53,719 nt of DNA from positions 1 to 53,719 of IMG/VR virus record IMGVR_UViG_3300025704_000035. One strand, given 5' to 3'. Below are positions 30,463 through 39,034 of the stretch, piece by piece. The position numbers were made by a program, and so were the translations under genes. The DNA is from a virus (taxonomy: Duplodnaviria; Caudoviricetes). A model generated the notes under the pieces. That model ran no database searches and was not told the DNA's origin. It saw nothing but the letters and a program-made list of their open reading frames with translations. The first letter of the stretch is position 1; each line of letters opens with the position of its first letter.

Positions 30463-32335
30463 GAGCTAGTTGCTCCTCTGACTTAACAATTTCGTCAGGA
30501 TCAATATCCATACTCTTAGCTATATCGCGAAGAAGATGATTACGATCCACCAGTCCAGAATCCATGGGGTTTGAAACCAGCGACAGGAATTGCAACAAAC
30601 GCTGGCTTTGTACTTCTTTTTGAACAAGAGCTGTACTTCCTCTTGCAACAATCTTTAGGTCACCTTTAACGCTTTCATTAGAATTAAATTCCATATTCCA
30701 GTGATAAAGTGCCTTGATCATTGGCTCCATTAAGAAATCATCAACATTTTTAATGGTAGACTTAAGGGCAACGTTAGCCGCGCCCATTAACATAGACATG
30801 CCGGTGGCTGTCTTGTTAAGACTTTTTGACTGTTCGCCGTGCGTGTAGCTTGGAAGGCTAGTTGTTTCATCGGCAAAACGTCTGAATATTTCTACAATCT
30901 GATTAAGACCGTTAGCATTTGCTACTGGTTGATACCATCTAACAGCAGGCATACTGCCATCACCACCCTCGCGGAGGAATACACGCCAAGGATGAATGTC
31001 TGTAGGGTCTTCACCTGCCGCTAACAGATCAGTATTTACCTCAACCATCGGACCCGATGACAGTGCTAAATTGTCTAACCAGATTCTTGTTGCGGCATTC
31101 ATGGTGCCTTGGGAATCTCTCATCATTCTAGGTACGCCGGTACCCCAGAATTGATGCGGTGTTCTTTCGTAAGGGAAGACAAAGTACGGCATCTTGTAAC
31201 CCGATACAGGGTTTAGCATTAGCTTTATTACTTTGCCGTCACACATCCAAACACATGCACTATAATCGTCCGAAAGGTCTGAACCTTCTGGCAATTCAAT
31301 GTCATGCTCTTCAAGCTCATGTCCGTCAACAGTTCCCCAGTACTCTAAAACTTCAAACCGATTAGACTCTGAGTGATCGTTTATTCCAGCAATTCTTCTT
31401 CTTGTTCTTTCATGCTCTTCCTCAACGTGATTACCAGTCCTGTTGATCTTGAGTAGATACTTGATCATCGCGGAGTCAAATTGAGGACGGTCAGATAGCT
31501 CTCTAAACTGACGTCGTGTTAATACATGCCGGCGGAATAAGCCATCGCAATCCTCTAGCGAGGTGCAGTACGGGTCTGGGTACAGATCAAATATAGAAAC
31601 GCTTTCAACTTCTGGCGTTGCCTTCTCAATCTGAGAAAGGACGTGTGCCATTTCACCGGTTTCTGGATCCTGTACCTTTTGATATGACTGGCTTGTATCA
31701 ATCTTAACAGTTCCTGCCTTGACGGCACCCGAGCCAAAGATACAGCTTTCAAGAATAGATTCTTTGAGTTTCATTTCGGCATTGTTTTCTATTAGCTGAT
31801 CCATGATCGAAGTCGTCATTTTCTCAGCCGCTTCATTAGCCGCTTTCTGTTCTATTTCCTTAAACTCTTCTTCTAGCTCAGAAATGCGAGCCAAGACAAG
31901 ATCTTGATTCATGTTGGGATCCATCATTTGGGAAGCCATCATGATTTGTTCGGTAGCCTGTTCTCTTAGCTTGACCGCTTGTACAGGGTCTAGGTCTGCT
32001 ACGGGAGTGGGCTCACAGGCGAAAAATATATCGCCGTGCTGGAATAATAGGTCGATAATACGCGAATATGCCGCCATAACCTTGGTTCTTGTCAAGCCGA
32101 CAAAAACCTTTGAGCGAGCACCGGATTCGTTTAGACGTGCAAGTACATCGGGCTCATACAAGCCGTTGTATTGACGGAGATCTTTAAGCCACTCGTTTTC
32201 AGTTTCTTTTCGAGCGTCTTTGTATTCCTGATATATATGAGCTAGTCGTGTGCCAAGACTTTGAACCGAATGATCTTGCGTGCCATCGGATTCTTCTTCA
32301 GCTACAAATAGCTCTTCTTCATACTCTTCTATCAT
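30344..32335 (-). CDS. Portal protein
   Basis: 663 aa; RSKVFV..TR.K, YPDP, EYWG, KTATGMSMLM motifs; follows terL. Confidence 0.9.
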   Translation of the reverse strand: MIEEYEEELFVAEEESDGTQDHSVQSLGTRLAHIYQEYKDARKETENEWLKDLRQYNGLYEPDVLARLNESGARSKVFVGLTRTKVMAAYSRIIDLLFQHGDIFFACEPTPVADLDPVQAVKLREQATEQIMMASQMMDPNMNQDLVLARISELEEEFKEIEQKAANEAAEKMTTSIMDQLIENNAEMKLKESILESCIFGSGAVKAGTVKIDTSQSYQKVQDPETGEMAHVLSQIEKATPEVESVSIFDLYPDPYCTSLEDCDGLFRRHVLTRRQFRELSDRPQFDSAMIKYLLKINRTGNHVEEEHERTRRRIAGINDHSESNRFEVLEYWGTVDGHELEEHDIELPEGSDLSDDYSACVWMCDGKVIKLMLNPVSGYKMPYFVFPYERTPHQFWGTGVPRMMRDSQGTMNAATRIWLDNLALSSGPMVEVNTDLLAAGEDPTDIHPWRVFLREGGDGSMPAVRWYQPVANANGLNQIVEIFRRFADETTSLPSYTHGEQSKSLNKTATGMSMLMGAANVALKSTIKNVDDFLMEPMIKALYHWNMEFNSNESVKGDLKIVARGSTALVQKEVQSQRLLQFLSLVSNPMDSGLVDRNHLLRDIAKSMDIDPDEIVKSEEQLALEQQQAIQAQMLQGASAGSPSPIGGGGMEAGNRPPPMPF

Positions 32336-33918
32336 TAGTACCCTGCTACGGAGTCAAGAGTTGTAAAGCGTCGTTGTATCGTTCTACGCCGAGGTTTCGG
32401 CATTGAGGCAAGTCCGTGCAGGGCAATGGCAAATGCCATCACACGATCATCATAACATCCTTGCTGAGAATTAAAAACCCCTTTTTCATCAATAACATAC
32501 GTTCTTAATTCGTTAACTAACTCGATGTCAGCGACACCGGATTCGTTCTGTCTAATGAGGCTGGCAAGGTTGTCTACAATTAGAGGTTTTGTTTTTGACG
32601 TGGTCAGGAAACCACCCCTCTTTGTCATCTTATCTGAGTAGGCGCCATCAACAGAATGCTCAACAAACATATTGGGATACCTTAACTCCATTAATCTTCT
32701 TAACGTAGTTAGACCGTGGTTGTTTCTTTCTACCACAACATGGGCATCGTTATATCGCTTACCTATCTGGGATACTACATTTCCCCAATCCCATGGATCT
32801 ATATGACCATGCCAGCAAGCTACTTGACGACCTTGGGAGTCAAGAACTTGGGCGCAAGAATAATCGCCGTAAGATAGACCCTCAGCAACATCGACCCCAA
32901 TAACATAGGTATCATCTTTTGAGGGGGAGTGCCATTCTTTGTAAGGACCATAAGATCTTTCCTCGATATTGCCTCCAAGTATGTCCCCTTGAAAGTCTGG
33001 CGTATAACAATCGTCTTCACACACCGAGAGGTGCTTGTCTTCTACGAAACATCGACCGGATGTAAGGAACGCTTCCAGTGGGGTGCTAGGATATTCTTGT
33101 TTAAATAGATCTGTGCCGCCAAGTTCATCAAGCTTGCTTCGTCTAAATGCCAGCTGGGCATCGTCCAAACCAAATCTTTTCGCTAGAGCATACTCTTCCG
33201 GCGTAGCCTCAAAATATGGGCTGGGTTTTTTTCTGTAGTCGGGCATCCAAAACCAAGGAATAAAACAAGTCACCCACTCAGATTCACCGCGCAAGCTTTT
33301 CATCACAGAGTCATAGAACCATCCGCCCGCGCCGTTGGCTGTACTCTCTAGGATTACTTCAGATTTTTTTCCGCCCACCGTCTGGAGGAGACCGGCGGTG
33401 ATATCAGATCCCTGAGGGTAAAAGGCAACTTCCGAGCCATGGACGAAGCGGTTTGTTTGTCCTCGACCAGTCTGCGTAGACCGCGCAGTCCCAACTCGGT
33501 ATCTACTATTAAGCTCGTCGAAAACGAGAGTAGAAGCACTAGAAGAAGACAGAGGCGGCTTAAAGGCAGGATGAGGTATGTTGTCATAGAAGTAACGCAC
33601 CATATTGAAAATGGCGTTCGTAGATTCTGCCAGATGGGACAGTACGAATGCATTGGCGTTTCGATTTTGCGTTACCTTCCAAAAGTTTCTGCCCTGAGAA
33701 TAAGTGGAAATACCTGTTTGTCGTGCCTTAAGCACTAAAGCACGGACGTTATCTTGTTCTTTTAATTGCTTTTCTAGCATGTTGTGCAGATGCAACTGGG
33801 CACTGTTTAAAACAAAGGGGGTGGACTCACCTTCTTTATTAACTATCTTAAGGACATTCTTTGCATAGAGGGGAAAGTTACCCTTAAATTTTGCGGCTAC
33901 TTTTTCGATATCATTCAT
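32335..33918 (-). CDS. terL: Terminase large subunit
   Basis: Walker A LKARQTGIST, Walker B HGSEVAF, ESTANG; nuclease GVDVAEG..DYS and DDRVMA. Confidence 0.95.
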   Translation of the reverse strand: MNDIEKVAAKFKGNFPLYAKNVLKIVNKEGESTPFVLNSAQLHLHNMLEKQLKEQDNVRALVLKARQTGISTYSQGRNFWKVTQNRNANAFVLSHLAESTNAIFNMVRYFYDNIPHPAFKPPLSSSSASTLVFDELNSRYRVGTARSTQTGRGQTNRFVHGSEVAFYPQGSDITAGLLQTVGGKKSEVILESTANGAGGWFYDSVMKSLRGESEWVTCFIPWFWMPDYRKKPSPYFEATPEEYALAKRFGLDDAQLAFRRSKLDELGGTDLFKQEYPSTPLEAFLTSGRCFVEDKHLSVCEDDCYTPDFQGDILGGNIEERSYGPYKEWHSPSKDDTYVIGVDVAEGLSYGDYSCAQVLDSQGRQVACWHGHIDPWDWGNVVSQIGKRYNDAHVVVERNNHGLTTLRRLMELRYPNMFVEHSVDGAYSDKMTKRGGFLTTSKTKPLIVDNLASLIRQNESGVADIELVNELRTYVIDEKGVFNSQQGCYDDRVMAFAIALHGLASMPKPRRRTIQRRFTTLDSVAGY

Positions 33919-34357
33919 AATGATTCACTATTGCTCGGCACCACCATGTAAGTTCATGATCAGGTAGGTCCATTCGCATCATATTGACTCGGGAACAAAT
34001 GAGGCGGACATTACCTAGCTCATAACCCTTGTCACAATTTATTCTGTCGGGAGAAGCCGACAAATCGGTTTTCTTGGTGGTCGCATACATAGGCATTCCG
34101 GTGACCGCACACATACCTTTCTGATCTCTATAGAGCTGTTTAAGCTCTTCTAAAGATATCGGTGTGCCTTCGTACTCAAATCTCTTATTACGGCTTAAAA
34201 GCTTTGTGTGACGGTTCTGAAAGAAGCCGTCAAATGTTTCAGCTCTTTGTTTATTTTCTTTTGTTCGACAGGGGTTACACTGATTCCTGTTTCCCGAAAA
34301 TACCGTTAAGTCTTTGGTAACGCCGCATGTAGTACACTGCTTACTGTTAGCCGCCAT
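33911..34357 (-). CDS. HNH-like / Zn-finger endonuclease
   Basis: CxxC pairs; CAVTG..SPDRI...GY..GNVRLIC..VN. Confidence 0.7.
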   Translation of the reverse strand: MAANSKQCTTCGVTKDLTVFSGNRNQCNPCRTKENKQRAETFDGFFQNRHTKLLSRNKRFEYEGTPISLEELKQLYRDQKGMCAVTGMPMYATTKKTDLSASPDRINCDKGYELGNVRLICSRVNMMRMDLPDHELTWWCRAIVNHYE

Positions 34358-34716
34358 TCTTTATCTTTTGTGAGCTCTTCAAATCTCTTAACAGCTACCC
34401 TGCTATTGCTTACAGCAATCCGGTCGCCCATTAAAGATGTCCCAAGCCCAATACACCCCATAACATCTGTTGGAAAATTTGCTACATGAATAAGGATGTA
34501 AGTTCGATCTTCAACATCCTTCACATGCCACGTCTCTCCGAAGCGAGGCGAATCTCTCCACCCCATGTCGTATGTCCCTGTAGGAATACAGGAAACGTTT
34601 GGCTTGTTGTTTAACCAAGGTCTTTCAACCGTGTAAAACTTCTCGCCGTCTACCTCAATAACCCCAAGCGTTCCCTTAGGGTGATAACAAAATCTTTTTA
34701 AAACTAAATCAATCAC
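34306..34716 (-). CDS. DUF5675-family protein (putative cell-wall peptidase / endolysin)
   Basis: TVERPW..SCIP.G.Y, R.YILIH.AN...GCI.LG, S..A motifs. GTG start at 34716 preferred because the upstream space holds another ORF. Confidence 0.75.
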   Translation of the reverse strand: MIDLVLKRFCYHPKGTLGVIEVDGEKFYTVERPWLNNKPNVSCIPTGTYDMGWRDSPRFGETWHVKDVEDRTYILIHVANFPTDVMGCIGLGTSLMGDRIAVSNSRVAVKRFEELTKDKEWRLTVSSVLHAALPKT

Positions 34717-34720
34717 AGTA

Positions 34721-34894
34721 TTAACCTTGGGTTCTTTTGCGCTCGCGTCTTTCGGCGCGTTCATCTTTAATGGTTTTTTCTTTCTTTCCAAAAATGCGGT
34801 CAAAATTTTCTTCATACTTATCACGATCCACTGGACGTGGATTATCGCCTTTTCCATATGTAGTCTCTCTCGCGTTCTTCGTGTTAATTCCCAT
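34721..34894 (-). CDS. Small basic protein, 57 aa (below the ORF-track cutoff)
   Basis: Translated by hand: MGINTKNARETTYGKGDNPRPVDRDKYEENFDRIFGKKEK...; start overlaps the upstream stop. Confidence 0.65.
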   Translation of the reverse strand: MGINTKNARETTYGKGDNPRPVDRDKYEENFDRIFGKKEKTIKDERAERRERKRTQG

Positions 34895-35010
34895 TACTTC
34901 TTAGCCTTTTTCTTTGTGGTGACCTTTTTACCAGTCTTTTTCGCCGCTGTTTTTGCCTTGGCAATACCTTTCTTTGTATAGGCGTATTTCTTACCATTAA
35001 CTGTTGGCAT
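34894..35010 (-). CDS. Lys-rich 38-aa peptide (histone-like)
   Basis: MPTVNGKKYAYTKKGIAKAKTAAKKTGKKVTTKKKAKK; SD AGGAG upstream. Confidence 0.7.
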   Translation of the reverse strand: MPTVNGKKYAYTKKGIAKAKTAAKKTGKKVTTKKKAKK

Positions 35011-35019
35011 ATCTATCTC

Positions 35020-35313
35020 CTACCACTTGGATTTATCCGCCCAATAGGCGGCTGACATTTTGCCTTTCTTTATATTCTTACCGTGACGCGCTTTAAAGCT
35101 CGCTCGTTTCTTTTTCATGGCTTCTGACTCACCAGCCTTAGGCTTACCAGCAGTCTTAGCACCCTGCTCCCCAAAGCGTATTGTCTTAACCTTATCGCCC
35201 TCTTTAGCCACAACCACATGTGACTTCTTTGGATGACTAGGAGTGCGCTTAGGCTTGTTATAACCACTCACGCCCGCCCTAGCTAATCTCGAATCTTTCT
35301 TCTTTTCCGCCAT
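35020..35313 (-). CDS. Conserved basic phage protein
   Basis: 97 aa; KSH.V.AK.G..VKTIRFG.QG, R.SF.ARH, SAAYWA..KW motifs. Confidence 0.75.
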   Translation of the reverse strand: MAEKKKDSRLARAGVSGYNKPKRTPSHPKKSHVVVAKEGDKVKTIRFGEQGAKTAGKPKAGESEAMKKKRASFKARHGKNIKKGKMSAAYWADKSKW

Positions 35314-35344
35314 TTCAAAAAAACCTCTGTATATTTTTTGGGTT

Positions 35345-35424
35345 AGGTACTCTCACAAGGACCGCCCCCCTATTTCTTGAATGCATGTTTTTCAAAACAG
35401 GTACTCTCATATTGACCCACCCCC
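35345..35424. repeat. Direct repeat pair AGGTACTCTCA-N4-GACC-(C-run) in the non-coding gap downstream of terS
   Basis: Copies start at 35345 and 35399, 54 bp apart; further C-runs to 35508. Confidence 0.6.
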
Positions 35425-35577
35425 CAAAAATGGTGATATAGATCTACTAGTCCCCCATGGATCCACAGTATCGAACCGCCCCGATCCCAATATCCCTATC
35501 CCCCCCCCTACCTTATTATTACCTGCGATATGGCGAGGTGTTCTGGCTAACCACAACCTGATAAAGGTGTTGGTCAG

Positions 35578-36030
35578 CTAGTGTAAGTCCTTGTTTTCCT
35601 TGAAGATATCCTCATCAAACTCTTCTTCAACAGCTTCTTCTAGGTCTAAATCAGCTAAAAACGCCCCATGAAAGCTTGTAACCTCCTGCTTTTCTGGCGC
35701 AAATCCGCCTACCACCTTAATCAGCAGTTCTAATGCCCTAACACGGGTTCCTGACTGATCTGCCTCCATGCTTTCACTTTCAAGCTGACTCACGTAACGA
35801 GCCAACCTATCCTCACCATCACTCATGATTTGTCTCCTTTCAGCCTCTATAGCCGCCTTTACACTAATATTATCTAACAGACGGAATGCCTGCACATTTG
35901 GGTGAGCGTAGCCTGCAAGGTGTGCTGATCTGGTTGCATTACCTGTTGCTACGTACTCTGTGACGAATCGAAGCTGTCTCATGTTCAGGGCTTTGTTATC
36001 CCTTACTGGTGCATTGCTCTCTACTGTCAT
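35578..36030 (-). CDS. terS: Terminase small subunit
   Basis: RQLRFVTEY...GNATRSA..AGY HTH motif; RALELL. Confidence 0.85.
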   Translation of the reverse strand: MTVESNAPVRDNKALNMRQLRFVTEYVATGNATRSAHLAGYAHPNVQAFRLLDNISVKAAIEAERRQIMSDGEDRLARYVSQLESESMEADQSGTRVRALELLIKVVGGFAPEKQEVTSFHGAFLADLDLEEAVEEEFDEDIFKENKDLH

Positions 36031-36086
36031 TGTTTACTTCTCCCTATGGGAATATGGACGTGGGGGGTTTTGGTTTTTTCCCCGCC

Positions 36087-36371
36087 CTAGAAAAAATTCT
36101 TAACTACTGCGCTCAGTCCTACTGAGAATGCTACCCAGAACATCCTCTCACTGATGCGGCTCTTACTCTCTGTCTCGATTATCGATTTCTCGATCTCACG
36201 CTGATTCGACTCTAAGGTATCAAGCCTGCGTTCGTGGCGGTCTGTTCTTTTATGGCTACTGATCATCCGCTCATCTAAGCGTTTAAGTTCTGACAATGTC
36301 TTGGTGACTTCATCTAACTTTGACTCTAGGCGATCAAATCTGGTGTCTATGTTCAAAGTATCTGCGCTCAT
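36087..36371 (-). CDS. Coiled-coil protein with C-terminal membrane anchor (holin/XhlA-like)
   Basis: RFDRLESKLD heptads; C-terminal hydrophobic helix; start at MSADTL. Confidence 0.5.
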   Translation of the reverse strand: MSADTLNIDTRFDRLESKLDEVTKTLSELKRLDERMISSHKRTDRHERRLDTLESNQREIEKSIIETESKSRISERMFWVAFSVGLSAVVKNFF

Positions 36372-36466
36372 TTGTAAGTGGTTGGTTTCATTAAGAAATA
36401 TGTCTGTAAGTATATCTTTTAATCTATACAGACACAAAATAATTTCAATTAATTATAAAATATATC

Positions 36467-36496
36467 TTGACAGATTATTTTCTGCACCTGTATATT
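36467..36496 (+). promoter_or_regulatory. Sigma70-type promoter of the rightward operon
   Basis: TTGACA (36467-72), 18-bp spacer, TATATT (36491-96); AT-rich UP-like region upstream. Confidence 0.7.
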
Positions 36497-36499
36497 AGT

Positions 36500-36826
36500 T
36501 GGCAAGTGCTCAAACGGCACTTCGGATACGAGGTCTCCGACATGACCTGCCACCTTCGGGTGAACACGAAAGCTTCGGCGAGTAGTGGTCTTCAAAGCAC
36601 AGCGGTTGGGTGCGAGTCGGGACAGAGCCCCTGCCGCTCTTCAAAGGTGCACGGTTGGAGATAGTGAAAGCCAGAATGAGTTCTGAGCGAGTAGCGAGCC
36701 TCCTGCAAGGAACGCAATCAAACGACCGACTGGGTGGGCTACCTACCTAGGAAAGCTACGGCGAGTACGACCCAGTCGAGTTGATTTGATAGAGCCGCCA
36801 CGTTGGAGGTTCTACAAAATCAATTC
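36500..36826 (+). ncRNA. Candidate structured leader RNA, family unknown
   Basis: GC-rich, no convincing CDS; UUCG/UACG tetraloops; three GAAAGC..GCGAGUA modules; 9-bp stem 36727-35/36770-78; long hairpin 36778-36826. Confidence 0.65.
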
Positions 36827-36845
36827 TTACCCTGAGGAGGGCACC

Positions 36846-37019
36846 ATGGATATTCAAGTAGAAATAAAAAGCATTTACGGTCAAGAAAAGATCTACCCAC
36901 TATGCCTAGCAGGCGAGACATTCGCTCAGATAGCAGGCACCAAAACATTAACCACTGAGACTATCGCACTGGCTAAGCGCCTAGGCTATCAATTCATTAT
37001 TAAACAACGGGGGATCTGA
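36846..37019 (+). CDS. Small hypothetical protein
   Basis: MDIQVEIKSIYGQEKIYP..., directly after CCTGAGGAGG. Confidence 0.75.
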   Translation: MDIQVEIKSIYGQEKIYPLCLAGETFAQIAGTKTLTTETIALAKRLGYQFIIKQRGI

Positions 37020-37021
37020 TC

Positions 37022-37252
37022 ATGACTACACATAAAGAACGAGCGTTTAAGTTAGCGGATGAGATAGACGCACTGCATAGCAAACTAGAAGAGCATGTTG
37101 AAGATTTACGGCTCGAATGGGCAGACGATAAATTCGATGACGAGTACCCAATCTGGGACTCAGAAGATGCTCAATGCTACTTAGAGAAGGCGGTTGACTT
37201 AATCAAGCGCTACTACACGAACGAATCATTATTTAGGCGGCAGATCCCCTGA
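37022..37252 (+). CDS. Small acidic hypothetical protein
   Basis: 76-aa ORF with GGGGG SD-like sequence. Confidence 0.65.
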   Translation: MTTHKERAFKLADEIDALHSKLEEHVEDLRLEWADDKFDDEYPIWDSEDAQCYLEKAVDLIKRYYTNESLFRRQIP

Positions 37253-37271
37253 AAAGGGAAGCCTAAGCATA

Positions 37272-37332
37272 CTCAACTGATGAGGCTAGCGGGGGTTAGC
37301 CGAAACAGCCCTTCGGGGTTGTCTTGAGACCC
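37272..37332 (+). ncRNA. Type I hammerhead ribozyme HH1 (predicted cleavage after C37323, GUC)
   Basis: Stem I CUCAA/UUGAG; CUGAUGA; stem II GGCUAGC/GUUAGCC; GAAA; stem III CAGCCC-UUCG-GGGUUG; G-rich loop II can pair with 3' CCC. Confidence 0.93.
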
Positions 37333-37361
37333 ATATAATTAATCCTGAGGAGGATAACAAC

Positions 37362-38240
37362 ATGGCTAAATTTGAAGATATTTTTCAAGAAGTTACAGAC
37401 CGAATCATTGATGGTTTGGAAAATGCTGATGACTGGCGCAAGCCTTGGAAATCACTGTTCGATGGTTCAGTACCGCATAACGCATCTACTGGCAGACCAT
37501 ATAGCGGTGTGAATTTCCTTAACCTATCGTGGGCATCCAAGAAATGGGGTGCTTCTGGTTGGGTTACCTACAAGCAGGCGCAAGCCCTTGGCGGTAAGGT
37601 TCCCAGTAAAAGCGCATCAAACGGGGGCTGTGAGTATGTTTGGTTCATGGCTCGCAGTGTCTATAAAGATAAGCAGACTGGTGACGATAAAGTCGGCTTT
37701 ATAAACAAATGCTTCTCAGTCTGGAATGTTAACCAGATCGAATGGGAAGAAGGCAGTAAACCTTACAGAGAATACACCCCACCAGTATCTGGTACGGGTG
37801 CAGTCAATGTACTGGCTGAGAGCCTAGATATTGATCTGCAATATCAGGGTGATGTTGCATGCTTCATCCCTTCAGTAGATGTTATCAAGATGCCTTCTGC
37901 TGAGGCGTTCAAAACCCCTGAAGACCATGACGCCACACTGGCTCATGAGTTAGTGCACTGGACTGGTCATAAAGACCGACTCAACAGAAAGATCCTGAAC
38001 AGCAAGGGTGGTGAAGATTACGCCTTTGAGGAACTGGTCGCTGAGTTGGGTGCGGCTTTTGCAGGCTCCCTACTAGGTATTCCCTACGAGGGGCTACAGC
38101 ATGAGAAGTACATCAAGAGTTGGCTTAAGGCGTTAAAGAATGATCCTAAACATATCGTAAAGGCATCTGCTCAAGCGTCCAAAGCTGTTAACTATCTTAA
38201 TGATAACGGCTCCCTACAGATTGTAGACATAGCCGCATAG
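37362..38240 (+). CDS. ardC: ArdC-like antirestriction protein (ssDNA-binding domain plus zincin metallopeptidase)
   Basis: W.KPW, N..TGRPYSGVN, W.TYKQA..LGG, HELVHWTGH..RL.R, YAFEELVAELGAAF, YI.SWL..L. Confidence 0.9.
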   Translation: MAKFEDIFQEVTDRIIDGLENADDWRKPWKSLFDGSVPHNASTGRPYSGVNFLNLSWASKKWGASGWVTYKQAQALGGKVPSKSASNGGCEYVWFMARSVYKDKQTGDDKVGFINKCFSVWNVNQIEWEEGSKPYREYTPPVSGTGAVNVLAESLDIDLQYQGDVACFIPSVDVIKMPSAEAFKTPEDHDATLAHELVHWTGHKDRLNRKILNSKGGEDYAFEELVAELGAAFAGSLLGIPYEGLQHEKYIKSWLKALKNDPKHIVKASAQASKAVNYLNDNGSLQIVDIAA

Positions 38241-38241
38241 G

Positions 38242-38279
38242 TTGGGGGGTGTTGGGTTTTTCCCGCGCCCCAATTTTTT
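38242..38279 (+). terminator. Possible weak terminator hairpin after ardC
   Basis: TTGGGG...CCCCAA imperfect stem followed by a T run. Confidence 0.4.
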
Positions 38280-38295
38280 ACCTGAGGAGGTAATC

Positions 38296-38451
38296 ATGAC
38301 TGAAGATCAACTGATACAAAACGTTAAAAACGTAATCCTTGAGTGGGCGTTCGAGGAGATCGAAGAAAACCCTGACAGCGACATTACCTTGGAGGATCGG
38401 TACTGCCAGAACAGGGATTCAATACTTGACGTCCTGAAAGAAAAGCTCTAG
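38296..38451 (+). CDS. Small acidic hypothetical protein
   Basis: ATG after CCTGAGGAGG; stop TAG is part of HH2 stem I. Confidence 0.7.
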   Translation: MTEDQLIQNVKNVILEWAFEEIEENPDSDITLEDRYCQNRDSILDVLKEKL

Positions 38452-38511
38452 CTGATGAGTACTGGGTAGTGCCCAGTCGAAACACTGGTTCGCCAGTGTC
38501 CTAGATAACTA
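38447..38511 (+). ncRNA. Type I hammerhead ribozyme HH2 (cleavage after C38500, GUC)
   Basis: Stem I UCUAG/CUAGA; CUGAUGA; stem II G(U)ACUGGG/CCCAGUC; GAAA; stem III CACUGG-UUCG-CCAGUG; loop UAGU pairs with 3' ACUA. Confidence 0.93.
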
Positions 38512-38530
38512 ATCCTGAGGAGGATCTATC

Positions 38531-38938
38531 ATGGCTACATTGCAACAGAAAAACATCCACCCTGCACTGTCCCTGACTTGGGATTTATTGACAGACCCTG
38601 TGATCAACCCTACACGCAAAGCGAGACTGCGTCAGGATGCACGGCGCTATCAATACAGCGACCGCCTAGCTACTCGCATTGAACTCAATCAACACATTGA
38701 GTACTGCAAGACCGCAGACGGTTTTATTTATATCGAGAACTTCTCTCGAGACTGTGACAACTGCGAACGTACATGGGTAGAGAAGATACCCGCTCACATC
38801 ACAGCCCTCACGGTACACGAGAACCGACTGCAAAAAAACGCAGAGGGGATCACCTACTGCTCCCTGATCACTAAAGCGCAAGCAAACAAATTCAAACCCT
38901 CATTTCGTGATCGTAACGCAGAGCGTGGCTGGTACTAA
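38531..38938 (+). CDS. Hypothetical protein with CxxC
   Basis: 135 aa; SD hairpin upstream. Confidence 0.75.
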   Translation: MATLQQKNIHPALSLTWDLLTDPVINPTRKARLRQDARRYQYSDRLATRIELNQHIEYCKTADGFIYIENFSRDCDNCERTWVEKIPAHITALTVHENRLQKNAEGITYCSLITKAQANKFKPSFRDRNAERGWY

Positions 38939-38949
38939 CTTTATACTAA

Positions 38950-39012
38950 TCCAACTGATGAGACTAGATAGTTACTGGTCGAAACACCCCCTGTGGGTGT
39001 CTTGGAAAACTA
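38950..39012 (+). ncRNA. Type I hammerhead ribozyme HH3 (cleavage after C39001, GUC)
   Basis: Stem I UCCAA/UUGGA; CUGAUGA; stem II GACUAG/CUGGUC; GAAA; stem III CACCC/GGGUG; loop UAGUU pairs with 3' AACUA. Confidence 0.93.
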
Positions 39013-39034
39013 ATAAGACCTGAGGAGGTTAATC

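Noticed and set aside
36500-36562. HDV-like, twister or pistol ribozyme at the 5' end of the leader
   Set aside because: Potential pairings exist (AGGUC/GACCU, UGGCA/UGCCA), but I could not place the conserved catalytic nucleotides of any of these classes by eye
36467-36664. 65-aa ORF over the promoter and leader
   Set aside because: Starts at the TTG of the -35 box, has no SD, and overlaps the structured RNA candidate
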